From Candidatus Micrarchaeia archaeon (GTDB lineage: Archaea; Micrarchaeota; Micrarchaeia; Burarchaeales; JACRGF01): a stretch of DNA of 11,596 nt. Below, in pieces: positions 7,409 through 11,596 of this stretch. The stretch is from NCBI GenBank assembly GCA_038870455.1, contig JAWCPB010000013.1, forward strand, positions 1-11,596, read 5' to 3'. The position numbers were made by a program, and so were the translations under genes. Position 1 is the stretch's first letter. The number at the start of each line of letters is the position of its first letter. The notes beneath the pieces are model-generated. The model was given only the letters and a program-made list of their open reading frames with translations, ran no database searches and was not told the DNA's origin.

Positions 7409-7957
7409 CTATACCTCCTCGGCTTCCCTGCACTCGTCGCACAGCAGCCGGCCCCTCTCGGCCCGCAGCGTCTCGCTGTACAGCCCGCAGTTGTCGCACG
7501 CGCCCGTGTAGAACGTCGTTTTCTCGAACTCCCTTATTCTCGCGGCCTCCTTGACTATGTCGAGGTAGCCCGGGTATATGCGGAGGAAGTCGTCCTCGGT
7601 GATTATCCCCACTAGCTTTCCCTCGTCATTCACCACGGGCAGCCTCTTTATCCTGTGGGCCTTGAGCAGCAGCGCGGCTTCGTTCAGCGGCTCGCTGGCC
7701 TTCACCACCTTCAGCGGAGCGCCCATGATCTTTCCGACCTTCACTGCCTTGGCGTCCTTCCCTTCCGCCACGACCTTGAAAGCGATGTCGCGCTCGGTGA
7801 CTATCCCCACTGCCTTGCCCTCCTCCAGCACGACGATGGAGCCCACGTTGTTTTTCTTCATGAGCCTGGCCGCCTGCGCGGCGGAGTCGCTGGCCTTGAG
7901 GGCGACCACGCCCTTGGTCATGACGTCTCCCACTCGAATGTCTGTCTCGAGCTTCAT
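7409..7957 (-). CDS. CBS-domain pair protein with C-terminal Cys4 zinc ribbon
   Basis: Two CBS repeats (V.DVMT...VGIVTERDI; IM..P...IKRLPVV...LVGIITEDD) plus CDNC...CDEC. ATG 7957 preferred over TTG 7960 from TATA spacing. Confidence 0.9.
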   Translation of the reverse strand: MKLETDIRVGDVMTKGVVALKASDSAAQAARLMKKNNVGSIVVLEEGKAVGIVTERDIAFKVVAEGKDAKAVKVGKIMGAPLKVVKASEPLNEAALLLKAHRIKRLPVVNDEGKLVGIITEDDFLRIYPGYLDIVKEAARIREFEKTTFYTGACDNCGLYSETLRAERGRLLCDECREAEEV

Positions 7958-7980
7958 CAATGCAAGATTGTACGTAAGAG

Positions 7981-7989
7981 TTTAAAATT
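7981..7989. promoter_or_regulatory. Shared bidirectional TATA box (CBS gene / hjc)
   Basis: TTTAAAATT lies 31 nt before the hjc ATG (8012) and about 29-30 nt before the CBS ATG (7957) on the opposite strand. Confidence 0.65.
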
Positions 7990-8011
7990 GCTTGCTGTCA
8001 CTTTGCTCTCC

Positions 8012-8401
8012 ATGGCTTTCGGCAGTTACAGAAAGGGTGCGCGTGCTGAGCGAGAGCTTGTTTCCTTCTTCGACAGCAGGGGCTATTGCGTGATGAGAGC
8101 GGCGGGCTCCGGAGTCTCCTCTCTTTCCCCAGATCTGCTTGCCTTCAAGCGCGGCGAGCAACTCGCGGTCGAGTGCAAGTCCGTCAATGCCGACCGCCTG
8201 TCCATCGAGCGCGGGCAGTTCCTCGGCCTGAAGAAATGGGAGGACAACACGGGCATCGACGTGTATGTTGCGTGGCGCCTTCCGAAGGCTGGCTTCCGCT
8301 TCGCCCGCCTAGCCGAATTCGAGGAAGCGGGCAGCTCGTTCTCCATCTCTCGCGCGCGCATGCTTCTGCTGGACAGAAAGCCCGAGGATTTGGTGAAGTG
8401 A
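8012..8401 (+). CDS. hjc: Archaeal Holliday junction resolvase Hjc
   Basis: YRKGARAERELV..F...GY.VMRAAGSG, PDLLA, AVECKS (PD-(D/E)xK). Real start is ATG 8012, not 7655 as in the ORF track. Confidence 0.93.
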   Translation: MAFGSYRKGARAERELVSFFDSRGYCVMRAAGSGVSSLSPDLLAFKRGEQLAVECKSVNADRLSIERGQFLGLKKWEDNTGIDVYVAWRLPKAGFRFARLAEFEEAGSSFSISRARMLLLDRKPEDLVK

Positions 8402-9406
8402 ATGGTGCTGTGCGTCAGGGTGAAGCGGCAGGAGGCCGAGAGCGCGAGGAGGAAGCTCGAGGCCGAGGGAGTTCTCGACAACAGGTTTGCCCCCTCACGC
8501 GATGAGCATTTCGTTTTCTTTCCTGTCCTGCGCGTGCCCGAGGGCTTTGAGGCCGCCGAACTGCCCATGCCCGAGAGAAAGCCGAGGCAGCGCCCGCTCG
8601 ACAAGCTGCTTTCCCCTTCTCTCGCCAGAAAAGTCCCGCACTCTTATGATATAATAGGCGACATAGCAGTTCTCGAAATACCGCCCAAACTCGCCTCCCG
8701 CGCTAAAACCGTCGCAGAAGCCCTCCTGTCCTCCAATCCACACCTCCGCCTTGTCTTGAAGAAAGCGAGCGTCAGGAAGGGGGTCTTCAGGGTGAGGGAA
8801 TTGAAGGCGCTTGCGGGAAAAGGCTCCACCGAAACGATTCACAACGAGTACGGCATGCGCTTCAAGCTCGATGTCGCCAAGGCATTTTTTTCTCCCAGGC
8901 TCGCGAGCGAGAGACAGCGAGTGGCGAGCCAAGTTTCTCCGGGGGAGCGCGTGCTTGTGCTCTTCGCCGGCGTGGGCCCTTTTGCCATCGCCATCGCAAG
9001 GCGCGTGCCGAGCGCGAGCGTGGCCGGCGTGGAGCTCAACCCCACTGCCTGTGATTATTTCAAGCAGAACATTCGCCTCAACAAGTGCTGGAACGCCGAA
9101 GCCGTGTGCGGCGACGTAAAGGAAGTTGTTCCGGCCCGCTTCGCCTCGTGGGCCGACCGCGTGCTGCTCCCCCTCCCCAAGGGAGCCGGGGCTTTCCTCG
9201 GCGAGGCTTTTCTCGCGGCGAAGCCCGGCGGCATCATCCACTTCTATTCCTTTGCAAGAGAGGAAGAGCCTTTTGCAGCTGCAGAGCGCGTCATCGAACA
9301 GGCTGCTTCTTCAGCAGGCAGGCGCGTTGCCTTCCTCAACAGGAAAATGCTTCTTCCTTACGCACCACGCGTTGTGCAGGTGTGCGTTGATTTCAGAATC
9401 AGTTAA
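8402..9406 (+). CDS. trm5: tRNA (guanine-37-N1) methyltransferase, Trm5 family (Trm5a/Taw22-like signatures)
   Basis: N-terminal D1 domain, SYDIIGDIAV, G.FRVR.L..LAG, ETIH.EYG, FFSPRL.SER, FAGVGPF, ELNP, N..LNK, DRVLLPLPK. Confidence 0.9.
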   Translation: MVLCVRVKRQEAESARRKLEAEGVLDNRFAPSRDEHFVFFPVLRVPEGFEAAELPMPERKPRQRPLDKLLSPSLARKVPHSYDIIGDIAVLEIPPKLASRAKTVAEALLSSNPHLRLVLKKASVRKGVFRVRELKALAGKGSTETIHNEYGMRFKLDVAKAFFSPRLASERQRVASQVSPGERVLVLFAGVGPFAIAIARRVPSASVAGVELNPTACDYFKQNIRLNKCWNAEAVCGDVKEVVPARFASWADRVLLPLPKGAGAFLGEAFLAAKPGGIIHFYSFAREEEPFAAAERVIEQAASSAGRRVAFLNRKMLLPYAPRVVQVCVDFRIS

Positions 9407-9852
9407 GCGAGCTCGCTTTCCCCCCTGCCAAGCTCCCTGGCTTTCCTGCCGAACTCTTCGACGAGCGCCCTGTAGGCGACCTCCTTGCTCCTCAGGCTCT
9501 CTTTTCCCCCGTAAATTTTGTCCACGCGGGCAACCGCGTCATCGCGCTCCTGCCTCAGCAGGTTCCATATTCTCTCGATGGCTTTCGCCAGCCTCGTCTG
9601 GCCGAGCTCGTCCTGCCTCTGCAGGTCTGTCTCGAGCTCGCCCGCCTTCGCCTTGTAGGCTTTCTCTATTTCTGCAAGCGCCCAATTCTTGAGGCGCGTG
9701 TCTGTGATGAAGGCCAGCACTGGCTTTGCCTTTTCCTTCAGGAATGCGGTTATTCTCTCGCTGAGCGGGACGAGTTTGACGAGCTTCCCCGCCTCCTCCA
9801 CCCCTTTCCTCGCCGCCCTTTCCGCAGCCGTTTCCTCAGCCAGCCTCGCCAT
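9403..9852 (-). CDS. Hypothetical charged, coiled-coil-like protein
   Basis: E/K/R/A/L-rich helical ORF filling the trm5-scpA gap, with TTTATATA upstream at 9891-9884. ATG 9852 preferred over TTG 9864. Confidence 0.75.
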   Translation of the reverse strand: MARLAEETAAERAARKGVEEAGKLVKLVPLSERITAFLKEKAKPVLAFITDTRLKNWALAEIEKAYKAKAGELETDLQRQDELGQTRLAKAIERIWNLLRQERDDAVARVDKIYGGKESLRSKEVAYRALVEEFGRKARELGRGESELA

Positions 9853-9883
9853 GCCACTCGCCAAGACAATTCGCTTCCCTCTC

Positions 9884-9900
9884 TATATAAAGATTTATAT
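9884..9900. promoter_or_regulatory. Back-to-back TATA boxes (hypothetical gene on -, scpA on +)
   Basis: TTTATATA on the minus strand (9891-9884) and TTTATAT on the plus strand (9894-9900, 31 nt before the scpA ATG). Confidence 0.65.
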
Positions 9901-9924
9901 TCCTCCGTGGGATGATTTTCTCAC

Positions 9925-10665
9925 ATGCCCGGAGAGCCTTCGGCCGCAGCGACCTCGGCCGAGAACTTTGATCTGGAGCGCTTGGTGGCGCAGCCCACGT
10001 GGCGCGAGGTGCTCCTCGACCTAGTTGTCAAGGAGCAGCTTGACCCATGGAACATAGACCTCGCGCTCATCTCCGACAAGTACCTTCAGCGCTTGAGGGG
10101 CATGCAGCTGCTCGATCTCCGCATTCCGGCCAACATCATTCTCGCCGCGGCCATTCTCCTGCGCTTCAAGGGCGAGGCGCTGCGTCTCAAGGAAGAGGAG
10201 CAGGTTGCCGAGCCCGAAACTTTCATCGAGGGCGAGTCTTCGCTTGAGATTCCCATGCTTTCCCTGCGCGCGCGCATTCCGCCCAAGAGGCGCGTGACGC
10301 TGCCCGAGCTCATCGCCGCGCTCGAGAGCGTGCTCGAACGCCAGAGGGCGAAAGAGAAAGCGCCGCTCATCTCCCCGGCAGAGCCGCTTGTGATCGAGCT
10401 GCCTCAGCAGAACCTCGAGCAGCAGATGTCGGACATACTCAAGAGGCTGGGCGAGCTGGCGGACGCGGAGAATGTTGTCGCCTTCTCGGCTCTCCTGCAC
10501 GAGCGCACTCCCCTCGAGATAATAAACACGCTCATCCCGCTCCTCCACCTTTCCCAAGAGGGCAGGGTCTCTCTCGTCCAGGAGCCGCTTTTCTCCGAGA
10601 TTTTCATTCACGTGCTGAGTGGGGAACATGGAAGAAAAGCAAGAGGGAAAAGAGTCGCGGGCTGA
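9925..10665 (+). CDS. scpA: Segregation and condensation protein A (kleisin subunit of the SMC complex)
   Basis: LLDLV....LDPWNIDL..I.DKYL, ILAAAILLR.K.E.L, RRVTL.ELI.AL, and C-terminal winged helix LLHL...GRV.L.QE.LFSEI.I. Confidence 0.92.
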   Translation: MPGEPSAAATSAENFDLERLVAQPTWREVLLDLVVKEQLDPWNIDLALISDKYLQRLRGMQLLDLRIPANIILAAAILLRFKGEALRLKEEEQVAEPETFIEGESSLEIPMLSLRARIPPKRRVTLPELIAALESVLERQRAKEKAPLISPAEPLVIELPQQNLEQQMSDILKRLGELADAENVVAFSALLHERTPLEIINTLIPLLHLSQEGRVSLVQEPLFSEIFIHVLSGEHGRKARGKRVAG

Positions 10666-11179
10666 GTCGGCACCAGAGAGCGAGCTGCTGTTTCTCGACG
10701 TGCCGGAAGAGCCGGAGAGGAAGGAAGAGCCCTCCCCCCTCCGCGTCATCGAGGCGGCACTCTTTCAGTCCTCCAAGCCCCTGCGGCTCGAGGACTTCGC
10801 GCGCATCACCGGCATAGCCGCGCCGGGCAGCCTCGAGGAGCTTCTCAAACAGCTTCAGGCAGAGTACGACCAGCGCGGCTCGCCCATTCAAATTGTCTGT
10901 GAGAACAATTTGTGGGTCATGCGCCTGCGCGCGCCCTACGCTCAGAAGGTCGCAGAGTTCGCGAAAGAAGCCGAAGTCTCCAAAGGCGGCCTGCGCCTGC
11001 TCGCCTTCGTCTCGCGGAACGAGGGAGTCACGCAGGCAAAGGCCGTGAAGGTGCTCGGCAGCACCGTGTACGATTACGTGAACGAGCTCGTGGAGAGCGG
11101 CTTCATCACCGCGGAGAAGAATGGTCGCACACGCGCGCTCAAGACGACCCAGAAGTTCAAGGACTATTTCTCTGGATGA
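10628..11179 (+). CDS. scpB: Segregation and condensation protein B (kite subunit)
   Basis: IEAALF.S.KPL, L...Y......I.I, LS-like ..LRLLAFV, TQ..AVK..GS..Y.YV.ELVE.GFI, GRTR.L.TT.KF.DYF. ATG 10628 follows a G-rich SD-like site. Confidence 0.92.
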   Translation: MEEKQEGKESRAESAPESELLFLDVPEEPERKEEPSPLRVIEAALFQSSKPLRLEDFARITGIAAPGSLEELLKQLQAEYDQRGSPIQIVCENNLWVMRLRAPYAQKVAEFAKEAEVSKGGLRLLAFVSRNEGVTQAKAVKVLGSTVYDYVNELVESGFITAEKNGRTRALKTTQKFKDYFSG

Positions 11180-11258
11180 CCATCCGCTTGGCTTGTAGTA
11201 ATCCGCCAGATGCTCGGAAGATGGGCTTTCCTGGGAAACAAAGTGTTTCCTCACAAGG

Positions 11259-11265
11259 TTTATAG
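11259..11265 (+). promoter_or_regulatory. Candidate TATA box with flanking inverted repeats
   Basis: TTTATAG in otherwise GC-rich DNA, preceded by the palindrome GGAAACA-AAG-TGTTTCC (11234-11250). Confidence 0.4.
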
Positions 11266-11473
11266 CCTGATTGAGGAATTGTGTGCATAGCGGTTGAAAA
11301 GCCCCGCGAGGGGAAGAAGGCTCCTGTGCCAGGGCTTTTGGAGAAAGAGCCGAAGCAGCGCTTTACGCCTCGTGCGCGAAAGAGAATGTGGGTAGGTGCT
11401 TGGAAAGCGCCGCCAAGGACATGCCGCCAGAAATGAAGCAGCGGGCAGCGCGCACTGGCTCTAATGTGGTTCT

Positions 11474-11580
11474 GGCGCGGGGAAGGTGAAGCGAGAACGT
11501 GGTGCCGGCTCCAGAAGCCGAATGCACGGTAATGCTGCCGCTGTGCTGTTCGATCACGAGCCTGCCACGTGCAGGCCGCC
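11474..11580 (-). pseudogene. Frameshifted C-terminal fragment of a sensor histidine kinase (HATPase_c end)
   Basis: Restoring one base near 11564 gives GGLHVARLVIEQHSGSITVHSASGAGTTFSLHLP, which resembles the GLGL.IV..IVE.HGG.I.V.S..G.GTTF...LP consensus. Confidence 0.55.
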
Positions 11581-11596
11581 TGCGGGCCGTTCATCT

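Noticed and set aside
7655-8011. N-terminal extension of the Hjc ORF in the track
   Set aside because: It lies antisense to the CBS gene. Hjc homology starts at Met 8012, 31 nt after a TATA box.
11157-11594. 145-aa minus-strand ORF
   Set aside because: No motif, atypical composition, and a different frame from the kinase-like fragment.
11290-11596. RNase P RNA or SRP RNA
   Set aside because: There are partial look-alikes (GAAGAAGGCUCC, CCAGAAAUG, GGUGAAGC, AGCCGAAUG), but no proper GAGGAAnnUCC with a matching 3' ACAGAA..P4 strand, and no SRP helix-8 CAGG-GNRA-AGCA motif.

Overview
High-GC archaeal chromosomal segment made up mostly of housekeeping genes. Archaeal markers are archaeal-type DnaG, Hjc, Trm5, TATA promoters about 30 nt before start codons, and GGTGA-type SD sites; a DPANN/Micrarchaeota-like origin is inference only. 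Left to right: a truncated, AT-richer orphan ORF that the ORF track missed (- strand); a DUF2085 membrane protein and a Zn-type CDF transporter (-); a bacterial-style folate/one-carbon cluster folD-folC-5-formyl-THF cyclo-ligase-purN (+); dnaG, a small Toprim protein and DUF167 (-); a CBS/zinc-ribbon protein (-); hjc and trm5 (+); a coiled-coil hypothetical (-); scpA and scpB (+); then about 420 nt with no credible intact gene. The best unannotated signal is a ~70-nt structured RNA at 7307-7375 (-) with its own TATA box and the geometry of an archaeal H/ACA guide RNA. Next are a frameshifted histidine-kinase C-terminal fragment and a promoter-led, foldable region at the right end. No CRISPR array, tRNA, rRNA or transposase was seen.
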